DNA from: an uncultured delta proteobacterium
GTDB taxonomy: Bacteria > Myxococcota_A > Polyangia > Palsa-1104
Direction: 5' to 3'
Length of the DNA: 64,000 bases
Assembly: GCA_963785725.1 (NCBI GenBank)
Contig: CAWAWS010000033.1
Coordinates: 1 to 64,000, forward strand
Made by a program: the position numbers and the translations under genes. The notes below the pieces were generated by a model. It had not been told where the DNA came from, ran no database searches, and saw only the letters and a program-made list of their open reading frames with translations. Shown here piece after piece: positions 35,679 to 47,724 of the stretch; the stretch's first letter is position 1, and each line of letters opens with the position of its first letter.

Positions 35679-38600
35679 CTAGAAGCCGGGGAGGATCATG
35701 CGGGCGAAGCGATCGGGGTTGCTGACGTTCTGCCGGCGCATCCAGCCGTCCATGGTGGCGACGAGCGCCGCGCCTTCGTCGCCGCCGACGAGGCGGCCGC
35801 GACGGCCGCGGGCGACGGCGGCGTGCATCGCCATGTCGGCCTCGTCGAACGCCAGCGCGGCGCGCGCGAGCAGCGTCTGCGCCGTCGCGTCGTCGCCGTC
35901 GAGGTGCGCGGCGGCGGCGCGCAGGGCGGCGGCGGCGGCGGCGGCGTAGCTGATCGTCTCTTTGTCCATGCGTTTGGCGGCGGCGCGCGCTTCGGCCAGC
36001 AGCGGCTTCTTGCGCTCGGCCGGCGCCGACGCGGCCGCCGCCAGCGCCGCGCGGCCGCGCAGCTCGAGGAGCCCGGCGCGCAAGAGCGGCAGCTCGAGCA
36101 GAAACGAGCGCTCGACGAGCGGCCACAACGCCTGCGCCCGCTCCCACGCGCCCGCGCCGTCGCCGCTGTAGAGCTCGATCTGGCCCATCGAGAACGCGTG
36201 GAAGACGTGCTGCGCATGAAAGCCCGAGCGCGACCAGTGGCCGATGGCGTCTTCACATTCGCCGCGCGCTTCGTCGGGCAGATCTTGCACCAGCCAGATG
36301 ATGTTGGGCTCGCCGAGACGCAGGACCGTCGCCGCGTAGCGATCGCCGCGCTGCTCGGCCTCTTGCAGCGACGCGGTGACGTTCTTCGCCAGCTCCGACA
36401 GCTCGCCCATGCGCGCCAAGCTGACGGCGCGCATGAGATTCGTCGTCGACAGCTCCCAGGCGACGCCGCTGCAGCGCTCGCGCAGGAGTCGTTCGACGGC
36501 GTCGAGCTGCGGCAAGCAGGCGCGCCAACGACCTTGCGAGTTGGCGAGGATGGCGCGCGACGCCAGCGCCAACGCTTCGGCGTGCGCATCGCCCAGCTCC
36601 TCGGCGAGACGGCGCGCGTCACCGGCGAGCGCGTCGACGCGGGCGGCGCGCGCGTCGCCTTGCATGGCGTCGATGCAGGCGGCGAACGCGAACGCGCGCG
36701 CGACGCGGGAAGGCTCGCCGAGCTGCAGCGCCAGCCGCAAATGCAGCGCGCCGAAGCCGGCGCCGCGCACGGGATCGATGTTCGCCAGGCCGACGGCGAG
36801 CGACCACGCGGTGTCGACGCGCGCCAGCTGCGCCGGCGGCAGCTCGGCCGCGCGCCGTCGCGTGAAGCGCAGGCCGCGCATCGCCAGCTGCGCCCGTTGC
36901 CACGCCAGCGCGGCGAAGGCGCCGCGCGACGTCGCCGGGACGCTCAGCTTGACCGCCGCCAACACCGGCTGCAGCGCCGCCAGGCCGTCGTCGACGAAGC
37001 CGGAGCGCAAGAGCTGCTCGGACGCCTGCCGGCGCAGCTCGAGCGCGTCGGCGGGCGCCGCGTCGCCGGCCGCGGCCAAGTATGCGCGCGCCGCTTCCGA
37101 GCCGCGACCGGTGCGCGCCAGCGCGTCGCCGAGCCGCACCTGCAGCGCGTGCACGTCGGGGCTGCCCGGCGGTCGCAAGAGGAGCGTCTGCCGATAGAGC
37201 TGCGCCGCGCGCTCGAACGCCAGCGCCTTCGAGGCGCGCTCGGCCGCTTGCGCGGCATAACCCGCCGCTTTGTCGTTGTCGCCGGCGCCTTGCCAATGCG
37301 CGGCCAGCGCCTCGGGATCGGCGCGACCGGTCGACTCGAGGCCGAGCGCCACGCGTTCGTGCGCGCGGCGCAGCTCGGCCGGCGAGCGACCGGCCTGCAC
37401 CGCGGCGCGTACCCGATCGTGATAGGGCTCGATGAGGTCCGACGGTCGCGGCCCCGACGAGCGCACCAGGTTGGCCGCGCGCAGCGTCGCCGCCTGCTGG
37501 GCGAACTCCTCGAAGCCGAGGTCGGCGGCGCGGGCGGCGGCGTGCTGGGCGAGCGGCCCGCCGGCGACGGACACGAGCTCGAGCACGTGCTGCGCATCGG
37601 CGGGCAGGCGGCGCACGCGCTCGCGCAGGGCTTCGTCGAGGTGCAGCGGCCCTTCGCGTTCGGCGCCCGTCGCCGCGGCGTGACGAACGAGCTCGTCGAT
37701 GAACAGCGGATGGCCGCCGGCCTCGTCGGCGATGGCCGCGCCGGCGGTCGACGCCGTGGACGACGACGCGCCCTGCTCGGCGAGCAGCGCCGCGGCCAGC
37801 TGGCGCGCCTCGTCGGGCGGCAAGCGCGCGAGGAATATCGTCTGCGTCGTCGAGCTGGCGAGCGGCGTGCGCAGGTCGTGGCGGGCGTCGGCGGCGGCGT
37901 CGGCGGGCGCGGCGTCGGGGAAGATGGGCACGCCGCGCGGCGCCGTCGGCGCGTGGCTATGCGCGCCCGGCGCGCCGCTCGCCGCGGCCGGCTCGGAAGC
38001 GGCGACCGCGTTCTGCGCGACGGTGGCGTTGGTCGCGCTCGCCGAATTCGTCGCGCCTGCCGAATTCGCTGCTGCCGCTGCATTCGCTGCGGTCGCTGCA
38101 TTCGCTGCTGCTGCTGCTGAATTCGCGGCAACCGCCGAATTAGCGGCGCTCGCTGAATTCGATGCTGCCGCTGCATTCGCTGCTGCCGCTGCATTCGCTG
38201 CGCGCGCCACACGCGAAGCCGTCGACGTTGGGCTTCCGCTCGCCCCTGCGGCGGCGCTCGTCGATGACGTGCGCGCGACGCTGGCGGCGCTCGCCGTCGA
38301 CGTGCGCTCCGAAGCCGTCTCGACCACGAGCGCCGTCGAGGTATCGCGCCCGACAGCCGGCTGTGCCGCGGCCGACGCCTGTCCGGCGGGCGAAGCCAAC
38401 CGCGCCGACGCTTCGCCGCGCCGCGCTTCCGCCGATGACGCGACTGCGCTCGCCGCCGCGTCGGTCGGCTCGCCCAGGCCACGTGGCGCGCGGCTCGTCG
38501 GCGCAGTCGTCGTCGCCGCGGCAGCGTCAGCGGTTGGCACGCCGGAGGTCGCAGCGCCGGCGACCGCCGGAGCTTCCGCGCCGACCGCCCCCACCGTGGC

Positions 38601-40451
38601 CACGTGCGCGGGCGCATGCGGCACGGGCGTCAACGCCACCGGCGTGGGCGCGGTCGTCGTGTACGCGACATCGGAGTGCGTCAGGTCGCGGCGCGCGCCG
38701 TCGGCTTGCACGCGCGCCACCGGCCCGTCGACGCGGGCGCCGCCGCCGGTCGCGTCCTTCGCCTCGGTCGCCGCAGCGGCGCTGGCGCCGCGTGCCGCCG
38801 CATCGTCGGTGCGCCCACCGAGCGACGCCGCGACGACTTCGGCGGTCGCGCCGTCGCCGAGCGCCGCGCGTGCCAGCCGACCGCCACCGTCGTGCGCATC
38901 CTCGGCCGCGCGCACCGTCGCCAACAGCAGCATCGGCGGCGCGTCGGGCGCGCGCGTGACGGCCTCGAGCAGCGCCAGCGAATCGGCGTCCGCCCACTGC
39001 AAATCGTCGACGACCAGGACCAGCGGGCGCGACTGACCGAGCTGCGTCAACAGCTCCCGCAGCGCGCCGAACAGCCGTTGCCGCAGCTGCTGCGGATCGA
39101 CGTCGTGCGACGGACGCGGCGCCTGCGCCATCGCCTCCACGCGCCGCAAGACCGGAAAGACCTCGGCCAACAGGCCCGCGCGCTGCGGCAACAGCGCCGC
39201 CGCTTCGCGCTTGGGCAGCTTCGAGAGCCAGCGCGCCAACGCGTCGACGACGCCATCGACCGCTTTGTACGGCACGCTCTCGCGCTCGTAGCAGCGACCT
39301 TGCAAGACGACGGCTTCGGGCACGGCGGCGCGCAGCCGGCGCACGAAGTGGCGCACGAGCGCGCTCTTGCCGACGCCCGATTCGCCGCACACGTGCAGCG
39401 TCGTCGCCACGCCGGTGCGCACCTGCTCGAAGGCCGCCTCCAGCGCCGCCAGCTCGTCGCGGCGACCGACGAACGGCCGTTCGCGCGCGCGATCGCGCAG
39501 GTCGGGCGTGGCGCCCACGTTGCCGCGCGACAGCCGATCGTACAGCTCGCGCGCGCCATGGCGTTGCCGCGGATCCTTGCGCAACAGGCCCGCGCACAGC
39601 GCGTCGAGATCGGCCGGCACTTCGGGCGCCAGCGAGCGCGGCGGCGGCGGCTCGTGCGCCTGTTTTTGCAGCAGCACCTCGAGCGGCGCGCCCGAAAACG
39701 GCACGCCGCCCGTCAACGCTTCGTAGAGGATGACGCCGACCGAATACCAGTCGGCCTCGGGACCGACCTTGCGCGCCGAGGCTTGCTCGGGCGCCATGTA
39801 ATCGGCGGTGCCGACGACGCGAATGTCGCTCTGATCGGGTCGCGCCGCCGACGTGGCCAGACCAAAGTCGAGCAGCACGGCGCGCCCGCTCGGCTCGACG
39901 AGAATGTTGGACGGCTTGATGTCGCGGTGGACGACGCCGGCCGCGTGCAGCGCGGTCACGCCGTGCGCGAGCGACAACAGCGAGGCGCGCAGGCGGGCGA
40001 CGTCGAGCGGAAACGTCGGTCGCAAGAGACGGCCGCTCGGCGGCGGCAAAGTCGCCGCGCGGCGCAGCGGGTCGGCGCTCGGCGTCGGGTCCAGGCGCGG
40101 CTCGGAGACGGCGTGGTCAGACCAATGGTCGCGCGCCGGCCGCACCCAATCGAGCAGATCGACGCCGTCGACGAGCTCCATCGTGAAGAACCACTGCCCC
40201 GCGTCGCAGATGAGCTCGCCGAGCGTGCACAAGTTGGGGTGCGACAGATCTTGGAGCGCGCGAAACTCGTTCTTGAAGCGCAGGATTCCTTCGGCCGACA
40301 ACGTGCGCAGCGTCTTGATGGCGACGCGCGCGCGCCGCTCGCGATCCCAGGCTTCGTAGACGACGCCCATGCCGCCTTCGCCGAGCCGCCGACGCACGTC
40401 GAACCGCCCGGTGCTGCGGAAGTCCGACTCAGCCAAGGGCGCCACGCGCAT
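35679..40451 (-). CDS. Ser/Thr protein kinase with AAA ATPase and TPR-like domains and a long low-complexity insert
   Basis: LGEGGMGVVY, HRDIKPSN, DFG, YMAPE, then GESGVGKS, DDLQWAD and GGHPLF. Confidence 0.92.
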   Translation of the reverse strand: MRVAPLAESDFRSTGRFDVRRRLGEGGMGVVYEAWDRERRARVAIKTLRTLSAEGILRFKNEFRALQDLSHPNLCTLGELICDAGQWFFTMELVDGVDLLDWVRPARDHWSDHAVSEPRLDPTPSADPLRRAATLPPPSGRLLRPTFPLDVARLRASLLSLAHGVTALHAAGVVHRDIKPSNILVEPSGRAVLLDFGLATSAARPDQSDIRVVGTADYMAPEQASARKVGPEADWYSVGVILYEALTGGVPFSGAPLEVLLQKQAHEPPPPRSLAPEVPADLDALCAGLLRKDPRQRHGARELYDRLSRGNVGATPDLRDRARERPFVGRRDELAALEAAFEQVRTGVATTLHVCGESGVGKSALVRHFVRRLRAAVPEAVVLQGRCYERESVPYKAVDGVVDALARWLSKLPKREAAALLPQRAGLLAEVFPVLRRVEAMAQAPRPSHDVDPQQLRQRLFGALRELLTQLGQSRPLVLVVDDLQWADADSLALLEAVTRAPDAPPMLLLATVRAAEDAHDGGGRLARAALGDGATAEVVAASLGGRTDDAAARGASAAAATEAKDATGGGARVDGPVARVQADGARRDLTHSDVAYTTTAPTPVALTPVPHAPAHVATVGAVGAEAPAVAGAATSGVPTADAAAATTTAPTSRAPRGLGEPTDAAASAVASSAEARRGEASARLASPAGQASAAAQPAVGRDTSTALVVETASERTSTASAASVARTSSTSAAAGASGSPTSTASRVARAANAAAAANAAAASNSASAANSAVAANSAAAAANAATAANAAAAANSAGATNSASATNATVAQNAVAASEPAAASGAPGAHSHAPTAPRGVPIFPDAAPADAAADARHDLRTPLASSTTQTIFLARLPPDEARQLAAALLAEQGASSSTASTAGAAIADEAGGHPLFIDELVRHAAATGAEREGPLHLDEALRERVRRLPADAQHVLELVSVAGGPLAQHAAARAADLGFEEFAQQAATLRAANLVRSSGPRPSDLIEPYHDRVRAAVQAGRSPAELRRAHERVALGLESTGRADPEALAAHWQGAGDNDKAAGYAAQAAERASKALAFERAAQLYRQTLLLRPPGSPDVHALQVRLGDALARTGRGSEAARAYLAAAGDAAPADALELRRQASEQLLRSGFVDDGLAALQPVLAAVKLSVPATSRGAFAALAWQRAQLAMRGLRFTRRRAAELPPAQLARVDTAWSLAVGLANIDPVRGAGFGALHLRLALQLGEPSRVARAFAFAACIDAMQGDARAARVDALAGDARRLAEELGDAHAEALALASRAILANSQGRWRACLPQLDAVERLLRERCSGVAWELSTTNLMRAVSLARMGELSELAKNVTASLQEAEQRGDRYAATVLRLGEPNIIWLVQDLPDEARGECEDAIGHWSRSGFHAQHVFHAFSMGQIELYSGDGAGAWERAQALWPLVERSFLLELPLLRAGLLELRGRAALAAAASAPAERKKPLLAEARAAAKRMDKETISYAAAAAAALRAAAAHLDGDDATAQTLLARAALAFDEADMAMHAAVARGRRGRLVGGDEGAALVATMDGWMRRQNVSNPDRFARMILPGF
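38040..38200 (-). repeat. 18-bp coding repeat (N-[AS]-AAAA) in the kinase insert
   Basis: GCATTCGCTGCTGCCGCT / GAATTCG units. Confidence 0.8.
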
Positions 40452-40525
40452 TCAGTGTAACGCGCGGCGTCGGCGTTGCGAAGAGCCGCCGAAGTAGGAG
40501 CCGCCCCCACTCCGCCGCCGAAACG

Positions 40526-40606
40526 ATTGGTTCGACCACCGTCGGAATTGGTTTAACCATTGCGGCGATTGGTTTAACCATTGCGGCGATTGGTTTAACC
40601 ATTGCG
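40526..40606. repeat. 21-bp tandem array carrying the TGGTTTAACCA palindrome (4 units)
   Basis: Motif starts at 40528 (degenerate), 40549, 40570 and 40591. Confidence 0.95.
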
Positions 40607-40654
40607 GGGCGAAGTCGCCCACGAAGCGCCTGCTGCCGCTCGGCAGTGACGGGA

Positions 40655-41443
40655 TCAGCCGCCGCAGAAGAGGACGACCGAGCCGCTGTCGCCGCGCGTC
40701 GACGACCAGCTGGCGTCGGCGCTGCCGTCGAACTTCAGCGTCAGCGTCTCGTGCGAGAGGCCGCCGGTGTGCGTGATGGTGCCGGCGGTCGGGCAGGCGC
40801 TCTTGCAGCGCGCGTAGCCGGCGACGGTCGTCGACCACACGGCGGTGCCAATCGTCGTGGACCAGGCGCCGTCGAGCGTGGCGCATTCGGTGCTGGTGTT
40901 CCAGCTGGCCGTGTAGTCGCCCTTGCGCGTGATGCCGTAGCCGCGCGCGCCGGTGCCGCTACCCTCGCTGGTGACGCTGAGCTGCTTGTTGCCGCCCGAG
41001 ACGCTGTAGACGGCCTGCGAGTCGAAGTCGAGGCTGGCGCCGTTGACGGCGAGCGCGTTGGCGGTGATGGCGGCGTGGATGCCGTCGCTCTGGACGGTGT
41101 AGGTCACGGTGGCGACGCCGCTGACATGCGCGAGGCCCCACGGGCCGCTGCAGTCGGTGAGCGTATAGGTGACGACGTTGCCGGCGGCGGCAGCGACGAC
41201 GCAGCTGGCCGGCTGATACCAGCTCTTGACGCTGGCCGACGCCACCGTCGCCGCGCCGGCGTCCGTGGCTGCGCTCTCGGTGCCGTCGGTGGTGGTGATG
41301 TAGAGCGCGCTCTCGGTCGAGGTCGCGTCGCTGGAGTCGAGGGCGGCGCTGGCGTTACCCACATCGGTGCCGCCGGCGGCGGCGCCGCCGCAGCCGAGCA
41401 AAAGCGTCGTCGAAAGCAGGCCGAGCATGAGGTCGTAGCGCAT
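40655..41443 (-). CDS. Hypothetical lipoprotein
   Basis: LLLGC lipobox and a GGAG RBS. A sigma54-like TGGTCCTCGGGTTGCA lies on the minus strand at 41484-41499. Confidence 0.8.
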   Translation of the reverse strand: MRYDLMLGLLSTTLLLGCGGAAAGGTDVGNASAALDSSDATSTESALYITTTDGTESAATDAGAATVASASVKSWYQPASCVVAAAAGNVVTYTLTDCSGPWGLAHVSGVATVTYTVQSDGIHAAITANALAVNGASLDFDSQAVYSVSGGNKQLSVTSEGSGTGARGYGITRKGDYTASWNTSTECATLDGAWSTTIGTAVWSTTVAGYARCKSACPTAGTITHTGGLSHETLTLKFDGSADASWSSTRGDSGSVVLFCGG

Positions 41444-41869
41444 CGGGAAGGCTCCTCGTCGATTGGTCGACGACCGCGGTGATTGCAACCCGAGGACCAG
41501 CCGAATCGCCCCGCAGCGTAACCGCTTCCCGCGCGCGCCGAGACGCGCCGACTCAGCGCCGAGAGACGCCCCGGCTCAGTAGGCGCACCTTCGGCGATCG
41601 GCGCCGCGCATTGGTTTGACCATTGGGCGCGACGTCGTGGCGGCACATGTCGAGTCGCCACGTACGCCGACGCGAGGCAGGTCGCCGCAAGACCTGCGGC
41701 GGAGGCACGCGTGCGCCCGGTGGGCGCGCGTGCCGGAGCTCCTGCGCGCCGGCCATCGGTGGAGCGCGCACAGGGGTGAATAGCTTATGGCGGGCTCGGT
41801 CTCGAAGCGCCGACGTTCGCCAACAGCAGCAAACGCAGGAGACGAGTAAGCCTTCGCGCGTCGGCAGAG

Positions 41870-42256
41870 TTGGCCAAACCATTCGGCCGTCGTCGCGCTC
41901 GGTCTCGCGGCTAGATCGTGCAGCAGCAGCGGCAGCAGTTAACCATTCGGCCGTCGTCGTTAGATCATGCAGCAGCAATGGTTAACCATTCGGCCGTCGT
42001 CGTTGGATCATGCAGCAGCCAGCAGCAGTTAAACCCGGCCATCGTGGCTAAATCATGCTGCGGCCAGCAGCAGCTAAGCCATTCGCCGTCGTCGTTAATT
42101 ATGCTGCAGCAATGGTTTAACCATTCGGCCGTCGTCGTTAATCATGCTGCAGCAATGGTTTAACCATTCGGTCGTCGTCGTTCATCATGCTGCAGCAATG
42201 GTTTAACCATTCGGTCGTCGTCGTTCATCATGCTGCAGCAATGGTTTAACCATTCG
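41870..42256. repeat. About 43-bp tandem array carrying TGGTTTAACCA, decaying leftwards
   Basis: Unit TGGTTTAACCATTCGGYCGTCGTCGTTMATCATGCTGCAGCAA, with exact motif starts at 42113, 42156, 42199 and 42242. Confidence 0.93.
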
Positions 42257-42277
42257 GGGGCTGACATGCTGGTTCTG

Positions 42278-43402
42278 TCAGCGGTATTTGAGGCCGGTGC
42301 CGGTGTTGAAGACGACCACGCGGTCTTCGCTGCCGATTTCGCCGCGCGCGCGCAGCTCGCCGACCGCGGCCCACGCCGCGCCGCCTTCGGGGCAGACGTC
42401 GACGCCGGTCATCGCCGCGAGCTGCGCCGCCGCCGGCTCGATCGCCGCTTCCTCGACGGCGACCGCCGTGCCGCCGGTGTCGCGAATGGCGCTCAAGCAC
42501 AAGAAGCCGCCGATCGGCGACGGCACACGCAAGCCCCAGGCGCGCGTCGTCGCGTTCGGCCACGGCTCGGTGCGCGTGGCGTTGTCGCGCAGCCCGGCGA
42601 CGACGGGCGCGCACCCCGCCGCCTGAACGCTGACGAGCCGCGGCAGCGTCGGCAAAGGCCAGCCGAGCGCGCGCATTTCGTCGAACGCCTTCCACATGCC
42701 GACGAGGCCGGTGCCGCCACCGGTCGGATAGACGATGACGTCGGGAAGCGCGCCGTCGAGCTGCTCGTAGAGCTCGTAGGCCATCGTCTTCTTGCCCTCG
42801 ACGCGATAGGGCTCCTTGAGCGTCGAAAGGTCAAACCAATCGCGCGGGCCGTGCTCACGCAGCCACTTGCCGGCGTCGGCGATGGTGCCGTCGACGAGCC
42901 GCACCTCGGCGCCGTAGTGGCGACACTCGTCGACGAACGCGCGCGGCGTATCGGACGGCATCACCACCAGCACCGGCAACTTCGCCGCCGCGCCGTAGGC
43001 CGCGAGCGCGCCGGCCGCGTTGCCCGCCGACGGCGCCATGAGCGCTTTGGCGCCTAGCGCGCGCGCCATCGACACCGCCGCTGTCATGCCGCGCGCCTTG
43101 AACGATCCCGTCGGATTGCGCGCTTCGTCCTTGATCCACGTGCGCTCGTCGACGGCAACGAGGGGCGTGAAGCCTTCGCCGAGCGTCACTTCACCGGCGA
43201 CGAGCGGCAGCACCTCGCGATAGCGCCACAGCGACGACACGCGCCCACGGAGCTCGGCCGGCTGCAGCCGCACCTTGGACCAATCGTAGTCGACGCGCAG
43301 TGGCATTCCGCAGCGTTCACAAACGGTCTGCAGCTTCTGCAGCGTGTGCGGCGTCTGGCAGGCGAAACAGGTCAAACCAATCAGAGCTGGGTTCAGATGC
43401 AT
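42278..43402 (-). CDS. thrC: Threonine synthase (PLP-dependent)
   Basis: TLGEGFTP, NPTGSFKARG, EGKKTMAYE, PTGGGTG and NTGTGLKY. Confidence 0.88.
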   Translation of the reverse strand: MHLNPALIGLTCFACQTPHTLQKLQTVCERCGMPLRVDYDWSKVRLQPAELRGRVSSLWRYREVLPLVAGEVTLGEGFTPLVAVDERTWIKDEARNPTGSFKARGMTAAVSMARALGAKALMAPSAGNAAGALAAYGAAAKLPVLVVMPSDTPRAFVDECRHYGAEVRLVDGTIADAGKWLREHGPRDWFDLSTLKEPYRVEGKKTMAYELYEQLDGALPDVIVYPTGGGTGLVGMWKAFDEMRALGWPLPTLPRLVSVQAAGCAPVVAGLRDNATRTEPWPNATTRAWGLRVPSPIGGFLCLSAIRDTGGTAVAVEEAAIEPAAAQLAAMTGVDVCPEGGAAWAAVGELRARGEIGSEDRVVVFNTGTGLKYR

Positions 43403-43687
43403 AGGCCACCGTCGAGCGTCAGGGCGCGTCGCTGGCGCGCATCATAGCTGCGGCGGCGTCGGCGATCGGCGCAAACGCCGAGGCCCGAGCGCGCATGCAG
43501 GTGGGCGGACGTGTGACGCTGTCGCGGCCGTGGCAGTCGACGGCGGCGCCGATCGTCACCAACCGTCGTCCGACGCGGCGCGCGATCCTCGTCATTTGCG
43601 TGACTTGGCCGCGATCGACGCGGCGACGGCGAAACCGGCAGACGAACGCTACACCTCGGTTGCATTTCGCAGCGCGGTTGCGTAAAT

Positions 43688-43705
43688 TGAATGAGCGCTC
43701 ATTCA
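43688..43705. promoter_or_regulatory. Perfect 18-bp palindrome, TetR-type operator
   Basis: TGAATGAGCGCTCATTCA, 17 nt upstream of the acyl-CoA dehydrogenase start. Confidence 0.7.
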
Positions 43706-43722
43706 GCAACCAGGAGGCCGTC

Positions 43723-45587
<1,865 letters not shown>

Positions 45588-45800
45588 CGGCCATGACGGC
45601 AATGGTTTAACCAATTTTACGATTGGTTGAACCATTGCCGTGGCTAGGGCAACACCCGATCCGTTCGCGCAATTCTCCCCCCGCCACTCGCATGTAGCCC
45701 GTCGACGCGGAATCCCGCGCGCGCCGCCGTCGTGCGCACGATTGAAGGCCACTCAGAAGACAATCTCGCGTCGTCGACGGAGCTTCCCGCGCTCCTCGCT

Positions 45801-45903
45801 GCTGTGTGGCACCGAGGACGAGGCCTCGGCTCATAGCCAATGGACACTGCTCGCTGCGCTGTGTGGCACCGAGGGACGACCTCGCCTCATAGCCGATGGA
45901 CCC
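45801..45903. repeat. Imperfect ~57-bp direct repeat (2 copies)
   Basis: GCTGTGTGGCACCGAGG...CTCATAGCCRATGGAC occurs twice. Confidence 0.75.
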
Positions 45904-46123
45904 CGAGCGCGTCGCCGGAGAAGCGCCATCGGCTCGAGCTCGGATCGCGTGCGATAGCGGAACGCGAATTGGTTTAGCCAATACTGAATTGGACAAACCG
46001 TCTTCGCGCGGCTACGCGGCGGGACGCATGCGTTTAGTCGTGGAATCGCGGGAGATCGAGGGCCGGCGAATGGTTTAACCAATCCTGGAATTGGTTAAAC
46101 CATTTCGCCGGACCGTCGGAGGT

Positions 46124-47724
46124 TTAGCGGTTGCCGTCGACTTCGGGAGCGGGAGCGGAGGTCTTGCGGTTGCCCGGCTCGGAGGCGGCATCGGACGTCG
46201 GACGCGCGGGCGCGGCCGGAGCCGCGTGCGAGTTGCCGACGTTCGGCGTGGCATTCACCGGCCGACCGACCGTGTCGTCGCCGCGGTGCTGCTGCGGCTG
46301 TCCGCCGCCGTGCTGATTTCCCGGCTGGCCGCCGCCGGCGTGCTGCTGCCCGGCGTGCTGATTTCCCGGCTGGCCGCCGCCACCGTGCTGACCGCTCGGC
46401 TGGTTTCCGGGCTGACCGCCGACATGCTGACCGCCCTGCTGGCCGCCCGCATCCTGACCGCCTTGCTGGCCGGCCGTGTGCTGGCCGCCCGGCTGGCCGG
46501 CCGCGTGCTGACCGCCTTGCTGGCCGGCCGCGTGCTGGCCGCCGACATGCTGGCCGCCAGCGCCCGGCGCGCCTGCCGCGCCCGGCGCGCCCATCTCGCC
46601 CGGACGGCGCCGCCCGCGCCCGCCGCGACGACGCTTCTTCCGCTCGGCATCGGCGCCCGCCGGCCCAGCCGGCCCGCCGGCCGCGCTCGCGCCGCCGCCG
46701 CCCGGCGCCTGCCCCTCGGGACGCGGCCCACGCGGCGCACCGCCCGGACCACGTCCGCCCGGTCCGCCACCGCCAGGTCCGCCACCGGGACCACGTCCAC
46801 CCGGTCCGCCGCCGCCGGGACCGCGTCCGCCCGGTCCGCCGCCGCCCGGTCCGCGTCCGCCCGGCCCGCCGCCGCCAGGTCCACGTCCGCCGCCCGGTCC
46901 GCCCGGTCCACGACGCTCGCCGCCCGGTCCGCCCGCGCGCTCGCCGCCCGGCCCGCCTGCGCCGCCCGGTCCGCCCGCGTGCTGCCCGCCCGGCCCGCGT
47001 CCGCGGCCGCCGCGATCATTCCAATCGCCGCCGCCCGGCGCGCCGCGCCCCGGCCGCTTCGGCCCGCGCTTCTTGTCGCCGAACTTGCCGCCGCCGCGCC
47101 CGTCACGCCCCGCGTTCGGATCGCGCGTCAACATCCAGCCCGAGCCCGCCGACGGCGTCGGTCCGCCGCGCTCTTCGCGCTCGTCCTTGGGCGCGCCACC
47201 GTCGCTGCGCGCCGCCTCTTTGACGAGCGAGCCGAGCCCGCGCGGCGCCTTCTGCTTGGGCGCGCCGAAGGGGCTCGGCGCTGCCGCCGTCCACCACCGC
47301 CGCCGCCGCCGCCGCGTCCTTCGCGACCGCCGCCGCCGCCGCGTCCTTCGCGACCGCCGCCACGACCGCCGCGAGCGTCACGCGCGCCGCCGCCGCCCGC
47401 TTCCGGCTGCCAATCGACGACGTAGTTGAACTCGCCGATCTTCGTCGCGCCACGCGGCTCGTGATCGTTGGCGAAGACGCGCACGAGGCGCACCTTGGCC
47501 GCGCGATCGCCGACCGCCTGCAGCGCCTCCAGCAACCGCGCCAGGCGATCGCCGGTGACCGCCAGCGCCTCGCCCAGCCGCTCGCTCATTTGCTCATCGG
47601 TCACGCCTTCGCCTTGCAGCTTGGCGCGCGTCTCCGCCGCTTTCTGCACGGACGTACCGCTGAACTCCGTGACCGTACGGTACGGTCCCTTCTTCTCAGT
47701 TTCGACCTGCTTCTCGTCGCTCAT
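46124..47724 (-). CDS. Protein with a small N-terminal domain and a long RGG/GPGG/Gln-His low-complexity tail; one frameshift at ~47290
   Basis: ORFs 47128..47724 and 46124..47134 join through the frame PSPFGAPKQKAPRGLG...GWMLTRDP. The start overlaps the S1 gene stop. Confidence 0.7.

Noticed and set aside
41870..42256. CRISPR array
   Set aside because: Units repeat in full with no unique spacers and no cas genes are present. The same applies to the 40.5, 52.4-52.8 and 63.4-63.7 kb arrays.
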